Assembly (NCBI GenBank): GCA_025360745.1
Contig: JANYBP010000005.1
Location: 127 to 64,126, forward strand
Direction of reading: 5' to 3'
DNA from: a bacterium
GTDB taxonomy: Bacteria; Verrucomicrobiota; Kiritimatiellia; CAIKKV01; CAIYGI01
Length of the DNA stretch: 64,000 nt
Shown piece after piece: positions 1 through 9,630 of the stretch (its first letter is position 1; the number at the start of each line of letters is the position of its first letter). The notes under the pieces were generated by a model. That model ran no database searches, was not told the origin of the DNA, and saw only the letters and a program-made list of their open reading frames with translations. A program made the position numbers and the translations under genes.

Positions 1-2
1 AC

Positions 3-695
3 CTCGCCGCCGTCCGTGCGGCCATCGCCGCTGCCGCCGCGCGCGCGGGCCGGCGCGCGGAGGACATCGAGCTGGTGGCGGTGTCGAAAACGCACCCGCC
101 CGAGACGCTGCACGAGGCGCTGGACGCGGGGCAGACGCTCTTTGGCGAAAACCGCGTGCAGGAGGCGCGGGCCAAAATTCCTCTTTGCGCCGCGGCGGCG
201 ACCTGGCACCTGATCGGCCACCTCCAGAGCAACAAGGTCCGGGAAGCGGTGCAACTTTTCTCGCTGCTGCAGGCGGTGGATTCGCTGCGCCTGCTGGAGC
301 TGATCGATCGCGCGGCCGCCGAGGCCGGGCGCACTTTGCCGGTCTATCTGGAGGTCAATGTCTCGGGCGAACGCAGCAAAAACGGGCTGGCGCCGCAAGA
401 CGTGCCGGAAGCGCTGGCGGCGGCGAACCGGTTGACACATGTGGAGATACAGGGATTGATGACGATTCCCCCGGCGGCGCGCGAGGTCGAGGAGGCGCGG
501 CCCTTCTTCCGGCGCCTGCGCGAGTTGCGCGAGGGCTGGCGGCGGGTTTCGGGGCTGGCGCTGCCGGAACTTTCGATGGGCATGTCGCACGATTTCGAGA
601 TTGCCGTGGAGGAAGGCGCAACCATGGTGCGGGTGGGCTCGGCGCTGTTTGGGCCGCGTCCGCCGAAGGGAGTTCGCGATGCCGGGAACGACTGA
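3..695 (+). CDS. yggS: YggS/PROSC family PLP homeostasis protein (5'-truncated by window edge)
   Basis: Frame open from position 3 (LAAVRAAIAAAAARAGR..ELVAVSKTHP). Motifs VAVSKT, FGENRVQE, WHLIGHLQSNKV, LSMGMSHD, VRVGSALFG. Confidence 0.93.
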   Translation, partial: LAAVRAAIAAAAARAGRRAEDIELVAVSKTHPPETLHEALDAGQTLFGENRVQEARAKIPLCAAAATWHLIGHLQSNKVREAVQLFSLLQAVDSLRLLELIDRAAAEAGRTLPVYLEVNVSGERSKNGLAPQDVPEALAAANRLTHVEIQGLMTIPPAAREVEEARPFFRRLRELREGWRRVSGLALPELSMGMSHDFEIAVEEGATMVRVGSALFGPRPPKGVRDAGND

Positions 696-1458
696 GTCTG
701 AACCGAAGGAAAGCGTGGCGCGCCGCCGGCCGCCCCATGTTCCCGGCGGTCCGGGTTGTTTCGGGCTGCTGGCGCTGATCGCGGCGATCGTGCTGGTGTG
801 CATGTGGTTCGTCTCGCGGACGCATCAATTTCGCGCGGCCTTGGCGGAGGAACTGCGCGCCCGCACGGGTTTGATCGTCAAATGCGAGCATACGGCGATG
901 AAGTTCCCCTACGATCTGGTCGCCACCGGCGTGCTGGCCACGGGGGACGGAGCGTTCGGCGGCTCCGTGACGCTGAACGAGGTGCGCCTGGCGCTGCGGC
1001 CCGACGGTCCGCTGGTGTTGCGCTGCGAAGGGGGCGAGGTGCGTTTTGTGCGGCGCAACGAGACCGGTGTCTGGGATCCCGAACCGCTGGCCGATTGGGC
1101 CGGCATGCGGGCGCCGGACGAGGCGGCGGCCATGCTCGAAACCTTCCCGCGCTGGCTGCGGATCGAGGCGCGCGAGATGCGTGTCAGTTGGCGGGACGAG
1201 CAGGGTGTCGTCTGGCGGAGTTGGAGCAATGCGACTGTGAAATTGATCCCGGTGTCGCTGCCCGGCCGTCCCGGCTGGGTGATCGACGGCAGTGTGGCGC
1301 AGATCGTCGAAGGCGGACGCACGGGGATTGAATGCCGGCTGGAATGGTTGACCTGCCGTGGTCAGCCGTTTTTGAAGCTGGCTGAACACGGTGTATGGAA
1401 TGGCGCGACGGGTACTGTGTCTGTAGCGACGGGGACGAATCGGACTGAGTCGCTGTAG
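679..1458 (+). CDS. Hypothetical membrane-anchored protein (possible AsmA-like N-terminus)
   Basis: ATG at 679 overlaps the yggS end. One hydrophobic segment (LLALIAAIVLVCMWF) followed by a beta-rich region. Fills the gap to 1470. Confidence 0.6.
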   Translation: MPGTTESEPKESVARRRPPHVPGGPGCFGLLALIAAIVLVCMWFVSRTHQFRAALAEELRARTGLIVKCEHTAMKFPYDLVATGVLATGDGAFGGSVTLNEVRLALRPDGPLVLRCEGGEVRFVRRNETGVWDPEPLADWAGMRAPDEAAAMLETFPRWLRIEAREMRVSWRDEQGVVWRSWSNATVKLIPVSLPGRPGWVIDGSVAQIVEGGRTGIECRLEWLTCRGQPFLKLAEHGVWNGATGTVSVATGTNRTESL

Positions 1459-1469
1459 TAAAAAGGAGT

Positions 1470-2489
1470 ATGAGAATGATCGCCTTGGAACGCGCGCGCG
1501 AACTGGTGGCCGCTTTTGCGCGGCAGCGGATTCTCGTGGTCGGTGATTTGATGCTGGATCAGTACCTGTACGGCGGTGTCGAACGCATCTCGCCCGAGGC
1601 GCCGGTGCCGGTGGTGCGCGTGCGGCGCGAAAAGCGCATGCCGGGCGGCGCGGCCAATGTGGCCGTCAACCTGCGCGCGCTGGGCGGCGGCGCGGCGCTG
1701 GCGGGAACCGTCGGCCGCGATGCCGCGGGCGATGAATTGCGCGGCTTGCTGGCCGGACAGGGCATTGGCGCCGAAGCCGTCATGACCGATGCAAAGGCGC
1801 CGACCAGCGTCAAGATGCGCGTCGTGGCCGAACGGCAGCAGGTCTGCCGCGTGGACTGGGAATCGGGCGTCGCGTTAGCGGGCGCCGCGGCGGACGAGTT
1901 CGACGCGCGGCTGCGGTCGGCGGTGGCGGCGAGCACCGGGGTGGTGATCGAGGATTACAGCAAGGGCGTGGTCGGGCAGCGCGTGGTGGATGTCGTGATC
2001 GACGCGGCCGCGCGCGCCGGGATACCGGTTGGACTCGACCCCAAGGACAACGCCACGCTGCATTTCAGCGCCCTGGCGCTGGCGACGCCCAACTGCCGCG
2101 AGGCGCATGTTTGCGCGGGCCTGCCGCCGCGCAACGCGATCGCGGACGATCCGCTGAAGGACGCGACCCTGCGGAAGGCGGGGGAGATTCTGCTGGCCAA
2201 GTGGAACTTGAAGCAATTGATCGTCACGCTGGGCGCGCAGGGCATGTACCTGGCCGCGCCGGGCGCCGCGCCGCGGGTGATCCCGACACGGGCGCGCGAG
2301 GTTTTTGACGTGAGCGGGGCGGGGGACACGGTGATCGCGGTCTGCATGCTGGTGCTGGCGGCCGGCGGCACGCCGTCGGAGGCGGCGGCGCTGGGCAACG
2401 ACGCCGCCGGTGTGGTGGTCGGCAAACTTGGCACGGCCAGTTGCGCGCCGGCGGAACTTCTGGAAGCGGTGGTGCGCGATGCCGGCTGA
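1470..2489 (+). CDS. rfaE1: D-glycero-beta-D-manno-heptose-7-phosphate kinase (RfaE/HldE domain I, PfkB family)
   Basis: ILVVGDLMLDQY, RISPEAPVPVV, GGAANVA, DYSKG, REVFDVSGAGDT, VVVGKLGT. SD AAGGAG upstream. Confidence 0.9.
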   Translation: MRMIALERARELVAAFARQRILVVGDLMLDQYLYGGVERISPEAPVPVVRVRREKRMPGGAANVAVNLRALGGGAALAGTVGRDAAGDELRGLLAGQGIGAEAVMTDAKAPTSVKMRVVAERQQVCRVDWESGVALAGAAADEFDARLRSAVAASTGVVIEDYSKGVVGQRVVDVVIDAAARAGIPVGLDPKDNATLHFSALALATPNCREAHVCAGLPPRNAIADDPLKDATLRKAGEILLAKWNLKQLIVTLGAQGMYLAAPGAAPRVIPTRAREVFDVSGAGDTVIAVCMLVLAAGGTPSEAAALGNDAAGVVVGKLGTASCAPAELLEAVVRDAG

Positions 2490-3237
2490 CAAACCCCGCG
2501 TGATCGGCGTGATTCCGGCGCGCTATGGCTCGACCAGGCTGCCGGGCAAGAGTTTGATTCCTCTTTGCGGAAAGCCGCTGGTGATCTGGGTGCTCGAACG
2601 CGCGCGCCAGGCGGCGGGACTGGACGATCTCTGCGTGGCGACGGACGACGAGCGTATCCGCGCGGTGGTGGAAGCCCACGGCGGCCGGGTGGCCATGACC
2701 CGCGCCGACCATCCGTCGGGGACCGACCGTATTGCCGAGGCCGTGGCGGACGATGCGGCCGAAGTTGTGATCAATATCCAGGGCGACGAGCCGCTGATCG
2801 ATCCCGCCTTGATCAGCGCGCTGGCGCGGCGCCTGACATCCGAACCGGAATGGGCGATGGCGACGGCGGCGGCGCCGATTGACGATCCGTCCGAGTTGTC
2901 GAATCCGGCGGTGGTAAAGGTTGTCTGCGACCGGCGCGGACGGGCGCTCTATTTCTCGCGCGCGACGATTCCCTTCATTCGCGACGCCGCTCCGGCTGGC
3001 TTGCGACATTTCAGACACATTGGAGTGTATGGCTACCGGCGCGACTTTCTACGGCGGATGGTGGCCGAACCACCGTGCCTGCTCGAACGCGCCGAGAAGC
3101 TGGAACAGTTGCGGGCGCTGGATCTGGGCGCGGCCATTCTGGTGCTGGAAACGGCCTGGGCCGGGATCGGGGTGGACACGCCGGAGGACGTGCCGCGCGC
3201 CGAGGCGGCGCTGCGCCGCGCCGGATTGGCGGGATGA
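2479..3237 (+). CDS. kdsB: 3-deoxy-manno-octulosonate cytidylyltransferase
   Basis: IPARYGSTRLPGK, HPSGTDRIAE, INIQGDEP, ALYFSR, HIGVYGY, EKLEQLRAL, GVDTPED. ATG at 2479. Confidence 0.95.
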   Translation: MPADKPRVIGVIPARYGSTRLPGKSLIPLCGKPLVIWVLERARQAAGLDDLCVATDDERIRAVVEAHGGRVAMTRADHPSGTDRIAEAVADDAAEVVINIQGDEPLIDPALISALARRLTSEPEWAMATAAAPIDDPSELSNPAVVKVVCDRRGRALYFSRATIPFIRDAAPAGLRHFRHIGVYGYRRDFLRRMVAEPPCLLERAEKLEQLRALDLGAAILVLETAWAGIGVDTPEDVPRAEAALRRAGLAG

Positions 3238-3243
3238 AAAGAA

Positions 3244-3425
3244 GGTGGTAGGTGGTAGGTGGAAGGTGGAGGGTGGAAGGTGGAGGGTGGAAGGTGGAGG
3301 GTGGTAGGTGGAAGGTGGTAGGTGGAAGGTGGAGGGTGGAAGGTGGAGGGTGGAAGGTGGAAGGTGGAAGGTGGAAGGTGGTAGGTGGAGGGTGGAAGGT
3401 GGGAGGTGGAGGGGGGAAGGTGGGG
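3244..3425 (+). repeat. G-rich heptamer tandem array, 26 units of GGTGG(AA/AG/TA)
   Basis: Counted by eye. The period-7 phase is unbroken from 3244 to 3425, the last units degenerate, and the + strand has no C. Starts 7 bp after the kdsB stop. Confidence 0.97.
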
Positions 3426-3553
3426 AGACGGGGAGTCAGGATTCAATGTGGCTGCTGACGCAAAAGTCGCCAGAGAAAACAGGAGAGAGGCGTAATCATA
3501 ATGCGCTGTATCGCGGATCAGGAATATTTTTTAGATCATAACGTTTTCTGAAC

Positions 3554-3602
3554 CCCGCATCTCGCATCTCGCATCCCGCATCCCGCATCCCGCATCTCGC
3601 AC
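3554..3602 (+). repeat. C-rich heptamer tandem array, 7 units of C(C/T)CGCA(T/C)
   Basis: cccgcat ctcgcat ctcgcat cccgcat cccgcat cccgcat ctcgcac, preceded in phase by TCTGAAC (3547-3553). Confidence 0.95.
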
Positions 3603-3654
3603 CCTAATTTGCAACCAACAAAGTCGAAAACGCGATAACTATTGAGGTGTCACT

Positions 3655-4479
3655 ATGATCCGGACGGTAAGCATGGGCGGCGTGGCGATTGGCGGGCGGG
3701 CGCCGCTGGCGTTGATTGCGGGGCCGTGTGTGATCGAAAGCCGCAAGGGCTGCCTGGACATCGCCAGGCGGCTGGCGCGCTGGGCGGCGGACAAAGGCGT
3801 GCCGCTGGTTTTCAAGGCCAGTTATGACAAGGCCAACCGCTCGTCGCTGCGTTCCTACCGCGGACCAGGACTGCGCAAAGGTCTGGAAATTCTGCGCGAA
3901 GTCAAGGAGCGTTACGGCCTGCCTTTGCTGACCGACGTGCATGCCGTCGAGGAAGTCGAAGCGGCGGCGGCGGTGGTTGACGTGCTGCAACTGCCAGCGT
4001 TTCTGTGCCGGCAAACCGATCTGGTGCTGGAACTGGGGCGGAGCGGCAAGCCTGTGAACATCAAGAAGGGGCAATTTCTGGCGCCGTGGGATATGCGGAG
4101 CATCATCGAAAAGGTCGAAAGCACGGGCAATCGCCGGATCGTTCTGACCGAGCGCGGCGTTTCTTTCGGCTACAACAATCTGGTGGCCGACATGCGCAGC
4201 CTGCTGGTGATGCGCGAATACGGCTACCCGGTGGTTTTCGACGCCACCCACAGCGTGCAGAAACCAGGGGCGGCGGGCGATCGTTCCGGTGGCGACGGCT
4301 GCTGGGCGCCGGCGTTGGCGCGGGCGGCGGTGGCGGCGGGTTGCGATGGGGTTTTCATAGAAACGCATGTCGCGCCGGCCAGGGCTCTTTCCGACGCGGC
4401 CAATGCCGTTTCCTTGTCAACGCTTACCGATTTATGGCAGACTCTTAGCGGGATCGATGAACTACTGGCAAAAAAGTAA
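3655..4479 (+). CDS. kdsA: 3-deoxy-8-phosphooctulonate (KDO8P) synthase
   Basis: IAGPCVIES, FKASYDKANRSS, QLPAFLCRQTDL, NIKKGQFLAP, VVFDATHSVQ. SD GAGG upstream. Confidence 0.96.
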   Translation: MIRTVSMGGVAIGGRAPLALIAGPCVIESRKGCLDIARRLARWAADKGVPLVFKASYDKANRSSLRSYRGPGLRKGLEILREVKERYGLPLLTDVHAVEEVEAAAAVVDVLQLPAFLCRQTDLVLELGRSGKPVNIKKGQFLAPWDMRSIIEKVESTGNRRIVLTERGVSFGYNNLVADMRSLLVMREYGYPVVFDATHSVQKPGAAGDRSGGDGCWAPALARAAVAAGCDGVFIETHVAPARALSDAANAVSLSTLTDLWQTLSGIDELLAKK

Positions 4480-4906
4480 CCATAAGCTGGTGTGGGTGGG
4501 GCTGATTACGGCTTTCATCGGCGCGGCGTCCTTGTGGGCGCAGTTGCCGCAGTCGGGGGTGATTTCGGGTTTCCGCGTGCCCGACCGCGACAAGCAGGGT
4601 CGGCTCAAGTCCGAACTGATCGGCGAAGAGGCGCGCATACGGCCCGACGGCAAGGTGGATTTGATGGGTGTGGCGCTGAACCTTTATAACGAGGGCGTGC
4701 GCGATGTGCAGATCAAGGCCGGGCAGTGTCAATACGACCCGACGAACCGCGTCGTGACATCGTCGGGGCCGGTGCGTTTGGAGCGCGATACGGTGACGAT
4801 CAGCGGCGTCGGGTTCCGTTTCGACGGCACGACCAAGCGCATGGAATTACTCGATCAGGTGCGTGTGGAAATGACCGGTGTACGGCGTTGGATGAAGACG
4901 GAGTAA
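4457..4906 (+). CDS. lptC: LptC-like LPS export periplasmic protein
   Basis: N-terminal hydrophobic anchor plus beta-jellyroll-like pattern. Directly upstream of the LptA-like gene and lptB. ATG at 4457. Confidence 0.65.
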   Translation: MNYWQKSNHKLVWVGLITAFIGAASLWAQLPQSGVISGFRVPDRDKQGRLKSELIGEEARIRPDGKVDLMGVALNLYNEGVRDVQIKAGQCQYDPTNRVVTSSGPVRLERDTVTISGVGFRFDGTTKRMELLDQVRVEMTGVRRWMKTE

Positions 4907-4911
4907 ACGTG

Positions 4912-5454
4912 ATGACGAATAGAACGGTCGGACTTGGACGGGCAATTGCCATGTTGTGGCTGTTGGGCGCGGCGGCGGCGCTGGCTGGACCCGCGGCTGG
5001 GGCGGACAAGTCCGCCGAGAAACTTGCCAAGGCCAGTTTCGGGGCCGCCGGCACCAACGCGACGGTGATCACCTCCAAGCGGCTGACTTTCGACTACGCC
5101 GAACGGAAGGCGGTGTTCGAAGAAAATGTGAAGGTTGTGGACCCGTCTGTGACGATCACGGCGGATCAGATCACGGTGACTTTCGGCGCGGACAACCAGC
5201 CCGAGACGGTGATAGCCGAGGGGCATGTGCGCGTGGAGCAGACCGATCGCTGGGCGACCTGCCAGCGCGCGGTTTACAGCGTCAAATCGGGTCTGCTGGT
5301 CCTGACCGGGCGGCCGAAACTGGTGCGTGGCCAGGATGTCTTGCAAGGCTCGCGCATCATCTTTTACCGCTATGAAGAGAAGGCCAAGTGCGAGGATGCG
5401 GTGCTGACGATTTTCCCGGGCGAAAGCGGTCTGGACAAGATGATGAAGGACTAA
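4912..5454 (+). CDS. lptA: LptA/OstA family LPS transport periplasmic protein
   Basis: Signal peptide. AVFEENVKV..ITADQI..VIAEGHVRV..LVLTGRPKL..LQGSRI is an OstA-type pattern. Upstream of lptB. Confidence 0.8.
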   Translation: MTNRTVGLGRAIAMLWLLGAAAALAGPAAGADKSAEKLAKASFGAAGTNATVITSKRLTFDYAERKAVFEENVKVVDPSVTITADQITVTFGADNQPETVIAEGHVRVEQTDRWATCQRAVYSVKSGLLVLTGRPKLVRGQDVLQGSRIIFYRYEEKAKCEDAVLTIFPGESGLDKMMKD

Positions 5455-5458
5455 TCCC

Positions 5459-6184
5459 GTGGATCCGCTGATCACTACCGACAAGCTGGTCAAGACCTAC
5501 CATGGGCGCAAGGTGGTGAATGGCATCGAAATTACGGTGCAACCCGGCGAAATCGTGGGCTTGCTGGGTCCGAACGGCGCCGGCAAGACGACGACTTTTT
5601 ATATGATCACCGGCCTGATCGAGCCCACCGAAGGGCGGATTTTTTTCCGGGGCCGCGACGTGACGCGGCTGCCGATGTACCGCCGGGCGCGCATGGGCAT
5701 CGGATATCTGGCGCAGGAGCCCTCCATTTTCAGGACCATGACGGTGGCCGAGAACATCATGGCGATTTTGGAAACGCAACGCATGGAAAACTCGGCGCGG
5801 CGCCGTCGCCTGCGTGAATTGCTGGAGGATCTGGGCATTTTGCATCTGGCCAGGCAGAAGGCCATGACGCTCAGCGGCGGCGAACGGCGGCGCCTGGAGA
5901 TCGCCCGCGCCCTGGTGACCGATCCCGCGATGATCCTGCTCGACGAGCCTTTCAGCGGGGTGGACCCGCTGGCGGTCTACGACGTGCAGGAGATCGTCAA
6001 GGCGCTCAAAAAGCAGGGACTGGGCATTTTAATCACCGATCACAGCGTCCGCGAGACGCTGGCCATCGTGGATCGCGCCTACCTGATCTGCGAAGGCAAG
6101 GTCCTGCGCGAGGGTACGAGCGATTTCCTGATTCACGATGCCGTCAGTCGGGAGTTGTATTTGGGTCCGCGATTCAGTATGTAA
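5459..6184 (+). CDS. lptB: LPS export ABC transporter ATP-binding protein
   Basis: GPNGAGKTTTFYM, GIGYLAQEPSIF, LSGGERRRLEIARAL, LLDEPFSGVDP, ITDH, LYLG. Confidence 0.95.
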   Translation: MDPLITTDKLVKTYHGRKVVNGIEITVQPGEIVGLLGPNGAGKTTTFYMITGLIEPTEGRIFFRGRDVTRLPMYRRARMGIGYLAQEPSIFRTMTVAENIMAILETQRMENSARRRRLRELLEDLGILHLARQKAMTLSGGERRRLEIARALVTDPAMILLDEPFSGVDPLAVYDVQEIVKALKKQGLGILITDHSVRETLAIVDRAYLICEGKVLREGTSDFLIHDAVSRELYLGPRFSM

Positions 6185-6203
6185 CTTGTCAGGGGGGTGC
6201 ACG

Positions 6204-6548
6204 ATGGAAATAGAAATAGTTGGCCGTCACGTGAGCGTCACCGAGAGCATGCGGGACTATGCGCATAAACGGGCGGATAAGCTCGTGGTGGAATTCCCGC
6301 GTCTGGACCGCCTGCGCGTGATCATGGACATGCAGAAGTTCATCAATCGCGTGGAGGTGACCGCGCATGCCAGCCGGGACATGCTGATCGAGGCGCATGC
6401 CGAACACGAAGACATGTATGCGGCGGTGGACGCGGCGGTGGACAAGGCGCATGCCCAGTTGCGGCGCTCGGTGGATAAGCGGAACGAACGCAAAGCTCCG
6501 GGAGAGGCTTCCGCCGCCGAAGTGGCGCCGGATGACGGCAATGGCTGA
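6204..6548 (+). CDS. hpf: Ribosome hibernation factor HPF/RaiA (short form)
   Basis: MEIEIVGRHVSVTESMRDY..DMYAAVDAAVDK..QLRR. ATG at 6204. Confidence 0.88.
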   Translation: MEIEIVGRHVSVTESMRDYAHKRADKLVVEFPRLDRLRVIMDMQKFINRVEVTAHASRDMLIEAHAEHEDMYAAVDAAVDKAHAQLRRSVDKRNERKAPGEASAAEVAPDDGNG

Positions 6549-7509
6549 CGGGCCGACACATAAGCCGAACGTTTCCGTAGCCGAGTTTCTCGACGCGGGA
6601 CGGGAACGGTTGTGCCTCAAGCTGATGTCCGGCAAGTCCGGTTTGTCGCGCCGGGTCGAGGAACTGGCGATCAACCGTCCGGGCCTGGCGTTAACCGGGT
6701 TTTTCCGTTATTTCGCCCATCGCCGCATCCAGATTCTGGGCCATGCCGAAATGGCCTATCTGCACGCGCTGTCAGAAGACGAACGGTTGCGGCGCTTGCG
6801 GCAGTTGTTCGCGCGGCATGTTCCCTGCATCGTGTTGACCCGGCGGTATCGCGTCTTTCCGGAGCTGATCGCGCTGGGCCAGGAATTCCGCACGCCGATC
6901 CTGTGCACGCCGCTGATCACGAAGGACTTCATCAACGCCGCCACGCTGGTGCTGGAACGCCTGACGCTGCCGCAGATGAACGCGCAGGGCACGATGGTGG
7001 AAATTCTCGGCGTGGGGGTCCTGATCGAGGGCAAGGCCGGCGTGGGCAAGAGCGAAACGGCGCTGGCGCTGGTCAAGAAAGGGCACAGTTTGATCGCCGA
7101 CGATGTGACGCGTCTGCGCCTGGACAGTTCGGGGGCGCTGATCGGGTCGGCCATCGGGGTCACGCGTTTTCACATGGAAATTCGCGGCATGGGGATCATT
7201 CATGTGCCCAGTCTGTTCGGCGTGGCCTCGGTGCGCGGCGAAAAGCGGCTCGATATGGTGGTCTCGCTGGTGCGCCCGGAGGGCGTGGTCAACGAGGACC
7301 GCAGCGGCCAGCAGCCGCGCAAGCGGGAGTATTTCGGCGTCGCGGTGCCGTGCATGGCGCTGCCGGTCGCGCCGGGCCGGGACATCTCAAATCTGATAGA
7401 GGTGGCGGCGCTGGATCAGAAACTCAAGCAACTGGGCCACGATGCCGCCAAGGAAATGGACGAGAAGCTGATCGCGCTGCTGACCAAGAACGGGGCCACC
7501 AGTGATTAG
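6541..7509 (+). CDS. hprK: HPr(Ser) kinase/phosphorylase
   Basis: INRPGLALTGFF, RIQILG, GVLIEGKAGVGKSETAL, LIADD, MEIRGMGII, PVAPGR, IEVAA. Confidence 0.95.
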   Translation: MADGPTHKPNVSVAEFLDAGRERLCLKLMSGKSGLSRRVEELAINRPGLALTGFFRYFAHRRIQILGHAEMAYLHALSEDERLRRLRQLFARHVPCIVLTRRYRVFPELIALGQEFRTPILCTPLITKDFINAATLVLERLTLPQMNAQGTMVEILGVGVLIEGKAGVGKSETALALVKKGHSLIADDVTRLRLDSSGALIGSAIGVTRFHMEIRGMGIIHVPSLFGVASVRGEKRLDMVVSLVRPEGVVNEDRSGQQPRKREYFGVAVPCMALPVAPGRDISNLIEVAALDQKLKQLGHDAAKEMDEKLIALLTKNGATSD

Positions 7510-7801
7510 CAAACCCTCCAGCGGTCCCAACCGGGTGCATGTGCGCGAGGTTAAAATTGTCAACTCGCTTGGTTTGCACGCGCGTCCCGCCGCCCTTTTC
7601 GTGCGCACGGCCTCGCAGTTCGAGTCCGACATCATGGTCGAGCGGGATGGCAACGCCGTCTCCGGCAAGAGCATCATGGGCCTGATGACGATGGAAGCCG
7701 AATGCGGGACGGTCCTGAAGCTTACGGCGCAGGGAGTGGATGCGGAGCAGGTCCTGGACCGTTTGGAGGATCTCGTCCGCCGCAAGTTCGATGAGGAATG
7801 A
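7502..7801 (+). CDS. ptsH: Phosphocarrier protein HPr
   Basis: GLHARPAA (His15 motif) and GKSIMGLM (Ser46 motif). Confidence 0.95.
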   Translation: MISKPSSGPNRVHVREVKIVNSLGLHARPAALFVRTASQFESDIMVERDGNAVSGKSIMGLMTMEAECGTVLKLTAQGVDAEQVLDRLEDLVRRKFDEE

Positions 7802-9630
7802 GACGTGGCATGGCCTCGGCGCGAAAAACAAGTTCCAGCGAGATGGTGCTGAAGGGCATCGGCGTGTCGCCCGGCATCGCCGTGGCCCCCGTTTTTCTAC
7901 TGGCGGCCGACGACCGGCTGGTTCCGGAACGGCGCCTGACGGACCGCGAAGCGCTGGCCGAGATCATGCGGCTGGAAAATGCGATTATCGAAACCCGCCG
8001 GCAATTGACCGACATTCATCGCCATGTGGAGGAACAGGCCGGCCGCCAGCATGCCGATATTTTCGACATGCACAAACTGGTGCTTGACGATCCGGCTTTC
8101 ATCGCGGAGGTTTTCGACGGGATTCTGAAACGGCACGCCAATGCCGAGCACGCCATCCGGCTGGCCGCCGAAGGCTATACCGAGACCCTGTCGCGGGTGG
8201 AGGACGATTATCTGCGCGAGCGGGTCAGCGACGTGAAGGACGTGGCGCGGCGCTTGATCAGGAATCTCTCCGATTCCACGCACACGCCGCTGACGGGCCT
8301 GTCCGTGCGCAGCGTGATTGTGGGTGTTGACCTGGCGCCATCGGAAACGGCGACTTTGCAGCGGGAGTGGGTGCTGGGCTTTGCGACGGACCAGGGCAGT
8401 CCGACATCGCATACCGCGATCATGGCGCGGGCCCTTGGCATTCCGGCCGTGGTCGGACTTAGCAACATCAGCCAACTCGTCAAGGTCGGCGAGGAAATCC
8501 TGGTGGACGGCTCCAGCGGCGAGGTCGTGCTGCGGCCATCTTCCGAGCGCCGCCGGATGGCCGGGCTGTATGCCGAGGCGCAGCGCACGATCGAGACCGA
8601 ACTCGGAACCTTGCGCGACCAGCCCGCCGAGACGTCCGACGGCCATGCGATCGTGCTTTCGGCCAATGTGGAACTGGTCGCGGAATTGCCCGCCGTGCTA
8701 CAGTCCGGCGCGCAGGGCATCGGGCTCTTCCGGTCGGAATATCTCTATATCTCGCGCGAAACCCTGCCCTCCGAGGATGAGCAACTGGCCGCCTACGGCG
8801 AGGCCGCCAAGGCCATGGCGCCGCAACCGGTGATCATTCGCACGGTTGATCTGGGCGGCGACAAGTTTGCATCCAGCGTGCGCGTGCCGCACGAGGTCAA
8901 CCCGTTTCTGGGTTTTCGCGCGATCCGTTTTTGTCTGGCGCAGCCCGCGCTTTTCAAGACCCAGGTGCGGGCCATTTTACGCGCGAGCGCGCTGGGGCGG
9001 GTCAGCATGATGTACCCGATGATCAGCAATGTCGGCGAAGTGCGCCAGGCGAATGCGATCGTGGAGGCCTGCAAAGAGGAACTGCGCGGCGAGGGGCTGG
9101 AGTTCGACGAGGAAATGCCGGTCGGCGCCATGGTCGAAATTCCTTCGGCGGCGTTGACGGCCGAAATCATCGCCCCGCACGTGAAATTCTTCAGTTTGGG
9201 GACCAACGATCTGGTGCAATATACGCTGGCCGTGGACCGGGTTAACGAACGGGTGGCCCATCTTTATGAACCGACCCACCCCGCGGTCCTGAGGCTCATC
9301 CGCTACACGATCGAAGCCGGCCATGCGCACGGCGTCTGGGTGGGCGTCTGCGGTGAGATGGCCGGCAACCCCGTATTGACGCCGTTGCTGGTCGGGATGG
9401 GCCTGGATGAATTGAGCACCGCTCCGGCCAACGTGCCCGCGGTCAAGGATGCCATCCGTCGTGTCCGTCTGAGCGATGCCCGGGCCCTGGCCGAAAATGC
9501 CGCCAAATTGGGCACGGCGGGGGAAATTCTGGACCTATGTCGCGAGTTGACCAAGAGCACGGCGCCTGAAATACTACGGCTCGCCGGTAAACCGGGCGCG
9601 GAGCGCGGGCGTGCGACATCCGGCAAATAG
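7798..9630 (+). CDS. ptsI: PEP-protein phosphotransferase, PTS enzyme I
   Basis: GIGVSPGIA, TSHTAIMAR (phospho-His), GIGLFRSE, NPFLGFRAIR, FSLGTNDLVQY, GVCGEMA. ATGA overlap with ptsH. Confidence 0.95.
   Translation: MRRGMASARKTSSSEMVLKGIGVSPGIAVAPVFLLAADDRLVPERRLTDREALAEIMRLENAIIETRRQLTDIHRHVEEQAGRQHADIFDMHKLVLDDPAFIAEVFDGILKRHANAEHAIRLAAEGYTETLSRVEDDYLRERVSDVKDVARRLIRNLSDSTHTPLTGLSVRSVIVGVDLAPSETATLQREWVLGFATDQGSPTSHTAIMARALGIPAVVGLSNISQLVKVGEEILVDGSSGEVVLRPSSERRRMAGLYAEAQRTIETELGTLRDQPAETSDGHAIVLSANVELVAELPAVLQSGAQGIGLFRSEYLYISRETLPSEDEQLAAYGEAAKAMAPQPVIIRTVDLGGDKFASSVRVPHEVNPFLGFRAIRFCLAQPALFKTQVRAILRASALGRVSMMYPMISNVGEVRQANAIVEACKEELRGEGLEFDEEMPVGAMVEIPSAALTAEIIAPHVKFFSLGTNDLVQYTLAVDRVNERVAHLYEPTHPAVLRLIRYTIEAGHAHGVWVGVCGEMAGNPVLTPLLVGMGLDELSTAPANVPAVKDAIRRVRLSDARALAENAAKLGTAGEILDLCRELTKSTAPEILRLAGKPGAERGRATSGK

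Noticed and set aside
3244-3425. Possible CRISPR array or Chi-site cluster
   Set aside because: There are no unique spacers and no cas genes. Units share only the GGTGG core with enterobacterial Chi, and Chi is lineage-specific.
3033-3541. ORFs 3033-3446(-), 3252-3458(+) and 3308-3541(+) with VEGGRWK/HLPPST repeats
   Set aside because: These are translations of the heptamer tract, with no evidence of being proteins.
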